From Octopus sinensis (taxonomy: Eukaryota): a DNA stretch of 64,000 nucleotides. Shown one piece after another: positions 1 through 11,779 of the stretch. Positions within the stretch are counted from its first letter, which is position 1. Each line of letters starts with the position of its first letter. The position numbers were made by a program, and so were the translations under genes. Location of the stretch: contig NC_043001.1 in assembly GCF_006345805.1 (NCBI RefSeq), forward strand, positions 60,946,001-61,010,000, written 5' to 3'. The notes under the pieces were generated by a model. The model was not told the origin of the DNA. It searched no databases and saw nothing but the letters and a program-made list of their open reading frames with translations.

Positions 1-37
<37 letters not shown>

Positions 38-396
38 TTTTATAGTATTTCTTAATTTTATAATTAACCATTATTTATAAAATTAATCTAATTTTTGTAT
101 CTCTATAAATTCATATTTAGCTTATATTAAACTATACTGATATATTCAATACTTATTTTTTTAAATGCTTAGATTATAATTTTATTTTTATTGATATATC
201 ATTGATATAGCATGTTCTTTTACCTCAATACTTATTTATTAATACCAGTATATACCAATTAATCAATATTCACAGATACAATTTGATGGGTTATTATGTA
301 AATGTACAATATGTACAATTTATATATGCATATAGCGGCGTACGTATACTTTTGCTCGCCTTATATTTGAATATAATATATATATATATTATATAT

Positions 397-430
<34 letters not shown>

Positions 431-465
431 CATGTACATATATGTATAAATATATATGTTTGTAC

Positions 466-1206
466 TGTAGACAGTTACTGCCTTTGAAACCAGTTGTCTC
501 ATCCATTGGCCATTGAATGGCGTACATCATGGTGTTACATTGTGGGAAAATTAAATCTATAGCTTATGGACGGCGCAAGCAAAGTGATTAGACTATTTAC
601 TTCCTGCTGCGATTCCAAGTGATGTAACGGTCACACATAACCACCTCTTTTATATGAATAAGTAACACCGTTTTCAGTAAAGCACTTTAAGCTATTTATT
701 TTGCAGTGAAGAACTTCGCTCACCTTCTCGAGGGTAAGGAGTTCATGGTTTTCACTTATCAAAAACCGTTACCGTTTGCACTGTTGGCCAGTTCGCCAGT
801 GACATTCACCACATTGCGGGCACATACAGCATTCCTGCAGACACCCTATCTCACCTCACAGTTTGTTCTCTGTTATCTCGTACATCAATTGGACTCTTTG
901 TGTGGGACTTCACCACAGTTTCCCTGTTGTAAATTCGAGAACCTGCCTTTTCCATCTTCTGAAGGGATCATTCTTTGCGATGTTTCCACCGGGTCACTCC
1001 GACCCCTGGTCCCGAGCATTATCGTCGTCCTGTTTCCAAAGCCTTGCAATCGCTATTACACAGAGGCATTGCGGCCACGGTTAAGTTTATTTCGGCTCGA
1101 TTTTTCTGGTCGAATATGCGACGTTCTATCACTGTTTGGTCACGCGCCTGTCTACGTTGTCAACGTGCGAAAATACACAGTCATATATATACATATATAT
1201 ATATAT

Positions 1207-1277
<71 letters not shown>

Positions 1278-1766
1278 TATACATATATATATAAACATAT
1301 ATATGTCCACACTACACACACACACACTGTTTGCCATGCATCACATGCATCCATACGGTTGTATATATGTCCTCAAGCACCACACACACACTGTTGTTTT
1401 CCTTTTGTATGCATGTTGCACTTACTTCTGTTCTTTGTGTATGCAGATTTTTTCCTTAATGTCTCTTTTTCACATTGTACACATTTCTCCCACTGTCGCC
1501 TCTTTGCAATGTCCATGCGTTTGTATTCCCTTAACTTTCCGTCCAGCTTTCATAATTTCCGACTTCGAGCTTTGCAGGGGAGCCATGTAGACAGTTACCT
1601 CCTTTGAAAGCAGTTGTCCTATCAATTGGCCACTGGATGACGTACGTCGTGGTGTTACATTGTGGGAGAATTAAATCTATAGCTTTTGGAAGGCGCAAGT
1701 AAAGTGTTTAGACGTATTTTCTTCCAGTCGCGCTTGCAAGTGATGTAACGGTCACACATAACCACA
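466..1766 (+). mobile_element. Internally deleted Ty3/Gypsy LTR retrotransposon relic with two ~180-bp LTRs (466-644, 1586-1766)
   Basis: Diverged direct repeats both begin TGTAGACAGTTAC and end GGTCACACATAACCAC(A). A purine tract (GCAGGGGAG) precedes the right LTR. The interior encodes RNase H-like KNFAHLLEGKEFMVFTYQKPLPFAL, then CDVSTGSLRPLVP and an integrase zinc-binding region (HRGIAATVKFISARFFWSNMRRSITVWSRACLRCQRAKIH), frameshifted and cut by (TA)n at ~1183-1300. Confidence 0.8.
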
Positions 1767-2039
1767 ATACGAATGCACAGAAACTGCTTTTATTTCTTTC
1801 TATACAAATACTGTAATTTGGATGCAGTATCAAGATTAAAACGACTTACGGCGGTATTTGCAAATACTTATCGTCTTTTTTTAAAATTTTATTTGGAGAA
1901 TGTTTGCCTTCTAAGTTTCAGCTTTGTTTGTTATGAGTAAAGCTTCCTAAAGTATACTGGCACCAACGACATATAAATAACAGCACAACATTTGCTCTTT
2001 ACAGATCATTTGTCTTATCATCCTTGTATTCTTCTGAAA

Positions 2040-2376
2040 GATGCATATGCTATGAAAGACATTTCAAATTATTAATACAATTTCCACCAAAAATACCTTC
2101 ATCGCATTTTCAACATTAAATGACCTTGCGTCTGCAGGCATCGCTTCAGTTAAAGCAATGATTCTGGAAAACCAAATGAGATGGTCTGGCCATACTGTTC
2201 GAATGGTGGATGAACGCACACCCAAACAGGGTAACGCATGCATGACTCAGAGATTTAAAGAAGAATGTTAGGATCGAGAAAGTGAATCACAATGAGCTTT
2301 TTGCGTGCGTAGTTTGTGACAGACCATGCCTTTCTTTTGGCGGGCCCAAATTTCATATGCGTACCCATGAAAAACG
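2040..2376 (+). mobile_element. RTE-clade LINE 3' coding relic
   Basis: Degenerate translation AGIASVKAMILENQMRWSGHTVRMVDERTPKQ (RW.GH..RM.D.R.PK motif) and terminal C2H2-like CVVCDRPCLSFGGPKFHMRTH, both typical of RTE C-termini. Confidence 0.7.
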
Positions 2377-2379
2377 AAC

Positions 2380-5300
2380 CTCCACCAACTATTGTGCTTA
2401 TATGTATGTGCACACCTTTCAATACCATGTACGCCATGGTGTCTACAAATCTAAAGGAGGCCTCAAAGAACATTTTTAAAACCACAAAGATCAGAACGTC
2501 ACTGCTGTCCTTGATGGTCCAATCTATGTGGGTGACTTTTCAAAACACATCAAACGCCATGATGGATCCTTGATTCATCTACAATGGCCGATTTGTTAAA
2601 CGAGACGATGGATCCCCCAGTCAACAAGGTTTCACAGCAGGGAGCACCACCCCTTCCTTTCACTGCCCCAGTAGCTCAATCATCATCACTGTCAACATCA
2701 TCTCCTCTGCCTACTACTACTAGTACTACAACCACTATCAATCCAAAAAACATCTTTGTATGCCGCTATCTCATAGATTCCACCTCCTCAATCATCATCA
2801 CTGTCAACATCTCTTCTGCATACTACTACTACTACCACTACTTCTACCTCAAGGAATCTACCTCCTACTACTTTTTCAAGAACTCCACCTCCCACAGGTC
2901 ACAAAGGTCGCCAGAACCTCAACAAACTATCATCTACACCTTCCACAACTCACACACGCACCTACACACCCACTCGAAACCCCATCATTTGCTGCTATTC
3001 TCTCCGCTATAGATTATGCACTGATAGAGACTGCAAATTCACCCATTTACCTGGGACAAAACGCTCTATCCCCACAAACTACAACCATAATGCATACTCT
3101 ATTACAAAACCACCACAGCCACCAATATCTCAAATAATGAATCCCCAAATCTGCCCAGCGGAATAGATTATGTTTGCACATTGATTGCCCCTTTACCCAT
3201 CTACCGGGGACTCGTCGGACAAATGATAATGAAATTAAAAATAAAAGCAAAAACTTATGAATCATATAAAAATAATCACTCATATAAAAATAACCACAAC
3301 CACAGACACCTACAGTTCCCTACACAGGAAACTTCTTCCTCTTTTTTAGCTATAATGAATATAGCAAAAGAACTGGAAAAAATCATCCGAGCTATCACCC
3401 ACCACCATCCACCACTATCACCACACTGCACATGCCATTAAAAAGCAAACAAATAAACAAAACACCAAAACAATTAAAACCATCCACTCTCGACTCAACA
3501 TTTTTGCTTAACGCCCGAGGCATCAGCTCTTCCACCAATATTCAAAAATGATAGATAAAATTCCTGGAGGACTGGGTTGATGCCCATCCAAACCACATCC
3601 CTTTCTTCGTCCTCACTGAAACCCATCTTACTAACCTCCACTTGGAAGCCGAGGTGAAATGTAAAAATTTCAAAGCCATTCGTGCTGATCGTGCTGGCAG
3701 AACAAAGGGTGGGACTGCCATTTATGTTCATGATTCTTTCTCAACAGAGGCTATGAACATATTTTCTAACGGATACTGCGAAGCAGTCGCTGTATTCAGT
3801 CAAACCAACTTAATAGTAGTTGGGCTCTACAGACCACTCCAAACGCCTCTACTATGCTTCAAGAAATGACTCAACAACATAAAGTGTTTCGTCCAGCAGT
3901 GTCAACCTGACAACATCTTAATGATGGGGGACTTCAACCTCCCCGGGATTGCCTAGTCTACAAACAGTCTGCTGCCAGGTTCTTCTGTCTCAACCCTTGA
4001 CAGGGAGGCCGTGGAATCGCTTCTTGACTTTATCGCTGATTTCGTCCTGTCCCAACTAGTGCTCGAACCAACGAGATGTCACAAAAACGTCCTAGACCTA
4101 ATTTTCAGCAATCACTCTGACACTAACCACAATATTGCAGTGGAGAAAACACTACTCTTTGATCATGACATGGTTCTCTGTGATCTAAGATTTCACCGGC
4201 CAAAATGCGAAACAAACGTCATCCCTCCTGTCCATCCATTTGACACTATGGATTTCCGCAACGCAAACTGGGAAGCGATCAGTAATGATCTTGCACATGT
4301 CGATTGGTCCTTCACGCGCACACACGCACACACCCACTAACATCAAAACGTCCTGGCAGTCATTTATAGACACCATTACAAACATATGTGCAAAACACAC
4401 CCCATTAAGAACTGCAAACAAATCTAAGTGCAGAATCCCTAGAAATAGAAAAACTCTCATCAGGAAAAGTAAAAGAATTAACCAAAAAATTCAACAAGCT
4501 GAAATAGTGTCAACAGCAACACACCAACCTGACTGCCATCACGTCACTAGAAATTAAAAAAACAAAACCTCCAAAACAACATGATGTCTATCATCAATAG
4601 TCAGAGAAGAGCTGAAGAAGCCTGGGGCATTGAGAAGATCAAACTTAATCCCAAAGTGTTCTTTTTATTTGCAAAAAAAACACAAAGTTACTGGCTCTTC
4701 TGTTGGCCCTCTGATTGATGAAAATGGTACTCTTGAAGACAATGCCAAAACCATGGGTGAGATGCTGCAGAAACAATACTGCTCTGTTTTCAGCAATCCT
4801 GATATGGCTAATCTAGACTGTATCAGTGATGTTACTCTCCAATACACTTTTTGGACATAACCTTTGGCGCCCCTGATGTCGTTGCAAAAATAAAGGAACT
4901 CAAGCATAATTCAGCAGTAGGTCCCGATAGGTTCCCTGCTTGTGTCTTGCAGATGTGTCAACTAACACCAACTTGCCGTGAATTACCGTCCAATCTCACT
5001 CACCTATCATATCATTAAGGTATTTGAGAGAGTGGTGAGATCGCGAATGACTCACCTCCTAGAGAGTCATAATATGCTGAACTCCAACCAGCATGGATTC
5101 CGTAATGGAAGGGATTGCCTGACGCAGCTACTGCATCATTTCGATGATATTTTGAGAGCCTTGGGCGAGGGTTCCAACACTGATGTTATCTACCTTGATT
5201 TCAACAAGGCCTTTGACAGGGTTGATCATAAGATCGTTTTGAGAAAGTTGTCCAATATTTGTGTTACTTGAAAGCTGCTGCAGTGGATCAAGTGCTTCCT

Positions 5301-6410
5301 GTCAAATAGAACCCAACATGTTGTAGTCGAAGGAGTCAAATCCAGCCCAGCCAAAGTCAGTAGTGTTGTCCCACAAGGCACTGTGTTGGGCCTACTTCTC
5401 TCCATCATCGACATTAATCACATTACTGATATCATCAAACGCACTAACATCAGAATCTTCGCTGATGACTCCGAACTCATCAATGGCGTGGATGGCCGGA
5501 TAAGCCTTCAGTCAGACCTACTGGCTGTTGTTCAATGGGCGGAAAAGAAGATGTTGCTAAACGAAGAAAAATCCGAACTGATCCACTTTGGAAGGGAGGA
5601 CGCTCTGAAAGTCCCATACTCCCTTTCTTCTGAGGAAATTCTCATAGCATCTAACAACATCAGAGACTTGGGAATAACTGTGGACAACAACATAAGCTGG
5701 GCTACACATAAAAGCAGCAAAGTTGACATGGCCCGCAGAATGTGTTCCTGGAATCTCAGAACCTTCCAGTCGAGAGATTCCCACACCATCATCCTTCTCT
5801 TCTCCACTTTTGCACGACCCCAGCTTCAATACTGCTGTCCACTGTGGTCTCCCTACATGAAACAAAATATTATGAAAATTGAAGCTCCCCAAAGGTCAAT
5901 CACGAAAAAGATAGATGGCATGTCAGACCTCGACTACTGGGGTCGACTAGAAAAGCTGAAACTGTATTCACTCCAACGACGCCGTGAACGCTACATTATC
6001 TATATGATGTGGAAAATATTCCATCAGCACTGTGCAAATGATGTTGGCATCACCTTCAAAATACATCCAAGACTTGAACCCCGTGCCATCCGTCCACAAC
6101 AATAATCTAAATCGCATTTCATAACAATACGGTACAATTATTTCACCTCAATCGGATCCGCTCTCTTCAACATTACACCAGGGCACGTCAAACCAAAAGA
6201 TGGCCACACAAAATTCAAGAAGTCTTTGGACAAATTCCTTCAAACAGTCCCGGATATGCCTCCGCAAAGCAATAACTCTCTGCTCGAATGGGCCTTGGTG
6301 CCCAAATCCTGAATTGAAAGACTTCGCTAGGTGGTGCTATTAAGTTAGACATGGCCTGGGCCAGTACTTGCCAAAACATTTCTAAATTATTCTAAGTTAT
6401 TCTAAATTAT
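2380..6410 (+). mobile_element. Decayed CR1-type LINE: ORF1-like region (~2380-3440), APE endonuclease + RT ORF2 (~3500-6250), tandem-repeat tail
   Basis: APE motifs LLNARGI, LTETHL, RADR..R.KGG.AIYV, MGDFNLP, DLIFSN. RT motifs NYRPISLT, NQHGFR.GR.CLTQLL, DVIYLDFNKAFDRVDH, VPQG, FADD. C-terminal YCCPLWSP and LKLYSLQRRRERY. Many stops and frameshifts. Tail (TTCTAARTTA)x3 at 6380-6409. The ORF1 boundary is uncertain. Confidence 0.88.
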
Positions 6411-6619
6411 ATATATATATATACATATATATGTATGTATTTATATAATATGTGTGTGTGTATGTATGTATATATGTATATATACGTGCATATTATGCAC
6501 ATAATACATAGATATAAATAAATATTGATAAACAAATACACACAACCACATATATCACCATAAAGACAGAAAGATAAAAACACATACTTAAGATAAGCAT
6601 ATATATATATACATATATT

Positions 6620-7390
6620 TCTCTCCTCCCTCTTCCCTCCTTCCGTACTCTCTTTCTCTCTCCTCTCTTAACTTCTTTCTCTCTTCTCTCTTACTCTCTC
6701 TCTTCACATACACACCTTCCACTTCCCCTTCATTGTCAACCCTCCCCATAAGTTCACCCACCCCTACACATTCCTACACCACCTTCCCATCTCCCATCCT
6801 ATCCCTACACTTTTCCCACATACCCCACCTTCTGCCTACCCACAAACCCCACCTCTACCCCCACCCTCTGCTTACCGACATGCTCCAACTCTACACCAAC
6901 CCTCAGCCGAACCCACACCCCACACGTGCTTTCGCCACTCATGCCTCCCCCACTTCCCAACAACATCACACCACACTACACCATACAACATTACACATCA
7001 CAACACACCAGCACTGACCAATTTCCATCCCCACATTTTCACACCTACACATACGTACACGCATACGTTCAGACCACCAGCCCTATTTCACACGCGCATA
7101 CATACTCTCTTATACACACACGCACCTTCGTGTTCGGGGTCATCTTTACTTTGTTATCTCCCCTACTTCTTCGCTCTCTTGTGTGACCCTTCTTGTCGGC
7201 AGTCAGTTGCCATGATAGATCGTTAGCCACTACACACATTTTTCGCTCCTTGTTTTTTTTCTGTGTCCCTTTCTGTAGAAGAGCGTAGGCTCGAAACGTA
7301 AAAGACTTCTTCTATTCCTGAGCGTTATACCAATACATATGTTTGTGCACCAGCTGTCTTTGTCTTTTGGCTTTTTTCGTAAACTCTCCC
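6620..7390 (+). mobile_element. 5'-truncated PLE 3' UTR/pLTR, related to the tail of the 12.7-16.6 kb element
   Basis: CT-rich tract followed by 7140-7390, which aligns by eye with 16330-16600 (shared GTTAGC.ACT.CAC.CATTTTT, GAAGAGCGTAGGCTCGAAACGT, TTCCTGAGCG). Ends at (TA)n. Confidence 0.75.
7269..7304 (+). ncRNA. Minimal hammerhead-like motif with A6U core variant
   Basis: CTTT-CTGTAGA-A-GAGC(GTAG)GCTC-GAAACGT-A-AAAG: 4-bp stem I, 4-bp stem II, palindromic ACGT stem III. Core reads CTGTNGA rather than CTGANGA. Confidence 0.55.
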
Positions 7391-7415
<25 letters not shown>

Positions 7416-7422
<7 letters not shown>

Positions 7423-7695
7423 TTAGTGAATTGAAGAAATGGAGCTGAACGAAGATTGAACAGAAATCGTTTTATTTCATTCTACACGTGTTTCGAAAGG
7501 CACAATTTACCAAAATCCGATTGAATAATGAGACCATATTGTGTCTTTCTCTTCAGGAAGAAAATAGGAAATCCGTTGGAAAACAGAACAGAGGCGGATT
7601 TCCTATTTTCTTCCTGAAAACACGTGTAGAATGAAATAAAACGATTTCTGTTCAATCTTCGTTCAGCTCCATTTCTTCAATTCACTAATAATATT
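7416..7695. repeat. Fold-back PLE terminus (arms 7416-7575 and 7595-7695, 19-nt loop)
   Basis: 7416-7493 is the reverse complement of 7618-7695, and 7553-7575 of 7595-7617. The right arm lacks ~59 nt present in the left arm. Confidence 0.9.
7474..7565 (-). ncRNA. Type I hammerhead ribozyme, canonical core
   Basis: Minus strand: TTTTCTTC-CTGAAGA-GAAAGACACAAT(loop)ATTGTGCCTTTC-GAAACACGTGT-A-GAATGAAA. 11 of 12 stem II positions pair, stem III is the palindrome ACACGTGT, cleavage triplet GUA, stem I has one mismatch. Confidence 0.8.
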
Positions 7696-7847
7696 AAAAT
7701 TCAATTATCCGCACCAACGCACGGTTGCAACACCATATGGTTGTACCTCCAACCGTGCTGTCTTCTGCTGTGATTTTTGCTACCAAGGTATCGGTTAAAC
7801 TTTTGATTAATCTGCTACAAGATTATTCATCTTTCTATTTCACATAT

Positions 7848-7890
<43 letters not shown>

Positions 7891-7977
7891 TCTTTTTTAG
7901 AATGAGATAAAAAACAAGGATGTGAAGATTTTAGAACATTTATAGTTTTACATATATATATATATATATATATGTAT

Positions 7978-10345
7978 GAGAAAGTTGGTGTGTGAAAGCA
8001 CTAGGTTAGATATATAAAAAATGTAACAAAGTGAAAAAGCTACAGAAGGCTTGTTTTATAAGGTTAAAGGATATATTTAAGTAGTTATGTTAGAAGAATG
8101 TTATTAAATTTTGTGTGTAGTAACAGTTTTGGGATTAACTGTCTGTTTATGTATAGTATGGTAGGGAAAGTTCTCAATGTGGCTGCAGAACTCGTCAAGA
8201 TCTTTATTCCTTCCTCTGTGGGGGATGTGTTCACTTTTGTTTTTGATTAGTGAGTCATCTTCAGTATTAAAACTGGTTGACGCTTCTGCTAGTCTTAATT
8301 TTCTGCAGAATTCTGTCATTTTGGTTGGCTCTGCGTGGAGATGGCGTGAATTTGAGCCCTTTTGAGAAGATGTCAATTTTTATGTTAGAGAGCGGTTTGG
8401 TTGAAAGGTTGATTATCTTCGGTTTTTCCTTATTACTAGGTTTCAGCCTGTGTCCTGGTGTCTCTGGTCTGGGGCTAAAAATGTTGGGTACAATTTTGTT
8501 TGTATGAGTTGTCTGTGCGCTTGTGTGAGATTTGTTCGGGGGAACGGTGATATTGTTGCTTCAGATTGTGTGTGGGTATCTCTGGGTGTTTTCGTTAGTG
8601 ATGTGTGTAAAATTTCTGTATGTGATATATTTTTGTTTCGAATTACTTGTATGTGGAATGTTGCTTGACTTAGTGTTATTTTGTGCTGTTATGGGGTGGT
8701 TAGGCCTGGTATTGGGATGATGTTGGCGTGTTCTGTTCTTGGTGTAATCTGTTTCATAAATGCGTTGTCTGTCAGCTTGTTCCCTGTTGAGTCTTGCGTG
8801 GTTCAAAAATGTTGGTTGTGGGTGATTTCTGTTTCTAGTGTATGGAGGATAATGAGGAGTGTTGTTGTTGATTAAGTGGTTGAAATTGGGGGTGGTTTGT
8901 GCGTTGTTCGGTTTTTGTTTGCTATTTCTTGTTATTTTCTTAAGAAAAGGATTATCTGTATCCAATTCATTTTTTTAAATTGACACATATCTTTGGAAGA
9001 AAATGTTGCTTTTTTCCCAACGTAGGAGAGAATTTCTTTTTTCCTTTTCACAGATTTCTTTCCAATGATTTATGGTGTTTTCGAGGGGTTGTCCCTCGGT
9101 TTGTTTCTTTATTTCACTATGCATCTCCTCATCGATGTATATGTATTTTTCTTCATTAGTGGAGGCCCTAAGTCTTAGTAATTCTATCTCCGATTTTAGA
9201 TTGAATAGAGCTGACCTTTCCCTAATAGTTCTCTGTCCGTCAGGTTCGTTGGGTATTGCTTTGATCTGGAATTTGCGTGGGAGGATAATTGGTGTTGAGT
9301 TCATCCATCCATTTTTTATCATGTTCCAGAGAGCGAGTTTTCTATTGTGCAGGTTTGTATTCCAAATGTTTTCTATTCTTCTTTCTGTTAGATTGATTTG
9401 TGTACGTATGATGTCCTGGTGTGTTTCATTTGGTATGCGCTGGTCGTCGTTCGGCTTGTTTGTGAATGCCGACTTTAGTGTAGTACATAGAGTGTTCAAA
9501 TCTTTACTAATTTGTTCTTGTTTTAAAATGAAATCGTTAAAGGTGTCGTGGGTAGGTGGTTGTTGTTCATTGTTGGGCTTGTTAATGAATATTGAGTTGA
9601 AGGTTGTGCATAAAAGTTGTAAATCATTACTAGCCTGGTCAGTTTAGTGAGTTGTGTGTTCACTGTTTTTCCTTTTCCAGGCGAGTAGATTTGAGTCCTC
9701 GATTTTGTTATTTAAGGTAATAAGTTGTGTATTAATATTTTTTAGTTCTTTAAGTATGTCCTCATTTGTAATTTCATCCGAAATATTTGTCTTCTGGGGC
9801 ATTTTCGGTCTCACGTGTTTGATATATAGGTGAGAAAGTTGGTGTGTGAAAGCACGTGGTTAGATATATAAAAAATAGAAAAAAGTGAAAAAAACTACAG
9901 AAGGCTTGTTTTATAAGGTTAAAGAATATATTTAAGTAGTTATGTTAGAAGAATGTTATAAAATTTTGTGTGTAGTAACATAGATTTTGGAGAAAAACCG
10001 GTTTCGTGTAAACTTTCTTCATTGTAAAATATAAGCCTGAACTTAACCATCCTAACATTCTTATACAGAGAAACTCATCCCATTAAAAATAAATGAATAA
10101 AGTGATTATCTCCCTTATACCAGAATAAATCCCTTATTACCTCCCCCTGCCTGGAACTCTTCTTTGCACTTCATAACAAAGACATGACGCGATGTAGGTA
10201 AAGAACTTTGAGAAATTGAAAAGCTTACACGAAACCGGTTTTTCTCCCAAAACTATTTACTACACACAAAATTTTATAACATTCTTCTAACATAATTACT
10301 TACATATATTCTTTAACCTTATAAAACAAGCCTTTTGTAGTTTTT
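7978..10345 (-). mobile_element. Internally deleted PLE: inverted partial pLTR, pLTR, ORF N-terminus, distal pLTR
   Basis: Direct repeats at 7978-8134 and 9832-~9990, with an inverted copy at ~10225-10345. ATG at 9802 (-) opens a broken ORF containing SKGLKFTPSP and EFCRKLRL..DDSLIKNKSEHIP (region upstream of PLE RT). No RT or endonuclease domain is present. Confidence 0.8.
10210..10246 (+). ncRNA. Minimal hammerhead with U3-A8 core and vestigial stem II
   Basis: GAGAAA-TTGAAAA-G(CTTACA)C-GAAACCGGT-T-TTTCTC: 6-bp stem I, palindrome ACCGGT, stem II only 1 bp. Confidence 0.55.
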
Positions 10346-10363
10346 TCACTTTTTTCTCTCTCC

Positions 10364-10400
<37 letters not shown>

Positions 10401-10425
10401 CACATATATAAATGAGTATATATAC

Positions 10426-10476
<51 letters not shown>

Positions 10477-10485
10477 TAAATGAGC

Positions 10486-10522
<37 letters not shown>

Positions 10523-10598
10523 TGAAAAGGAACACACGAGTTGATATATATGAAAAAACAAGTCAAAATAGAAAATGCTAAAATAATTTTATAAAGAA

Positions 10599-10646
10599 CA
10601 TTTCAGTACCGGTTTCGGTCATTTTGAGACCTTTTCAACTGTAACG
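10599..10646 (-). ncRNA. Hammerhead, U3-A8 variant (inverted copy)
   Basis: Reverse complement of 11061-11108; the motif is identical. Confidence 0.72.
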
Positions 10647-11060
10647 ATTAAATAATTAAATTTAGAAAAATTAGAAGAAAAGTTTTTTTAAAGGAATATT
10701 TGTATAGTTTTCAAATTTGAGTGGCATTCTGCCTTTCTCTGACTCCCTTGTTTGCACTTGTGTGTTCGAGGTCGTTGTGAATTTTTGGTAGGGTAGAAGA
10801 AGAGGATGATGAGGAGAAGGGGTGGAGAAATTTGGGAGTGTCTTGATTGTCGTATTTTGAGGTACTCCCAAATTTCTCCACCCCTTCTCCTCATCATCCC
10901 TCTTCTCCTTCTACCCTACCAAGAATTCACAACGACCTCGAACACATAAGTGCAAACGAGGGAGTCAGAGAGAGGCAGAATGCCACTAAAATTTGAAAAC
11001 TATACAAATATTCCTTTAAAAAAACTTTTCTTCTAATTTTTCTAAATTTAATTATTTAAT

Positions 11061-11108
11061 CGTTACAGTTGAAAAGGTCTCAAAATGACCGAAACCGGTA
11101 CTGAAATG
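11061..11108 (+). ncRNA. Hammerhead, U3-A8 variant
   Basis: CGTTACAG-TTGAAAA-GGTC(TCAAAAT)GACC-GAAACCGGT-A-CTGAAATG: 4-bp stem II, palindrome ACCGGT, GUA triplet. Stem I is CAG/CTG extended past one mismatch. Confidence 0.72.
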
Positions 11109-11167
11109 TTCTTTATAAAATTATTTTAGCATTTTCTATTTTGACTTGTTTTTTCATATATATATAT

Positions 11168-11262
<95 letters not shown>

Positions 11263-11313
11263 TAAATGAGTATATATATACATATATATATATATACACA
11301 TATATAAATGAGC

Positions 11314-11344
<31 letters not shown>

Positions 11345-11779
11345 CATTTATATATATAGAGTAAGAAGAGATGTACAGGTGTCAATTCATTACAGCCGTT
11401 TCAAGCGATTCTTTTAATTAATTAATGAATACATTACATCATTGCAAAGAAACTTTTTTCAACAGATGACTGTATAGACTTCAAACACAAAGGACAAAAC
11501 AACTGCTATATCTTTGCCAGAATGAATTTAGAAAATAGTCTATGAAGTATCGAACCTATTTGAATTTAGTGGTTAGTAGATATTATAGTTGGGGAGAAAT
11601 AATTGAGAATAGTGACCTAGTTACCTAAACTTCGAAGACAATATTAGGAATGTAGTCTTCGATCATCCAGAATTAAATCTTTTCGGACTTGTAGCTGTAT
11701 TCTAGACAAAGGTGGGAAAATATTAAACGGTGACGTGTCATTCAATCAAATTAAAAGGAGATAAATTGAAGCAACGTTT

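Larger units (their letters stand above)
10548..11160. repeat. ~290-bp-arm fold-back of a PLE 3' end flanked by (TA)n
   Basis: 10548-10840 is a near-perfect reverse complement of 10864-11160 with a ~23-nt loop. Each arm carries a hammerhead. Confidence 0.9.

Noticed and set aside
2282-2479. Host C2H2 zinc-finger gene
   Set aside because: The finger follows directly on RTE RT C-terminal motifs and is better explained as the retroelement terminus.
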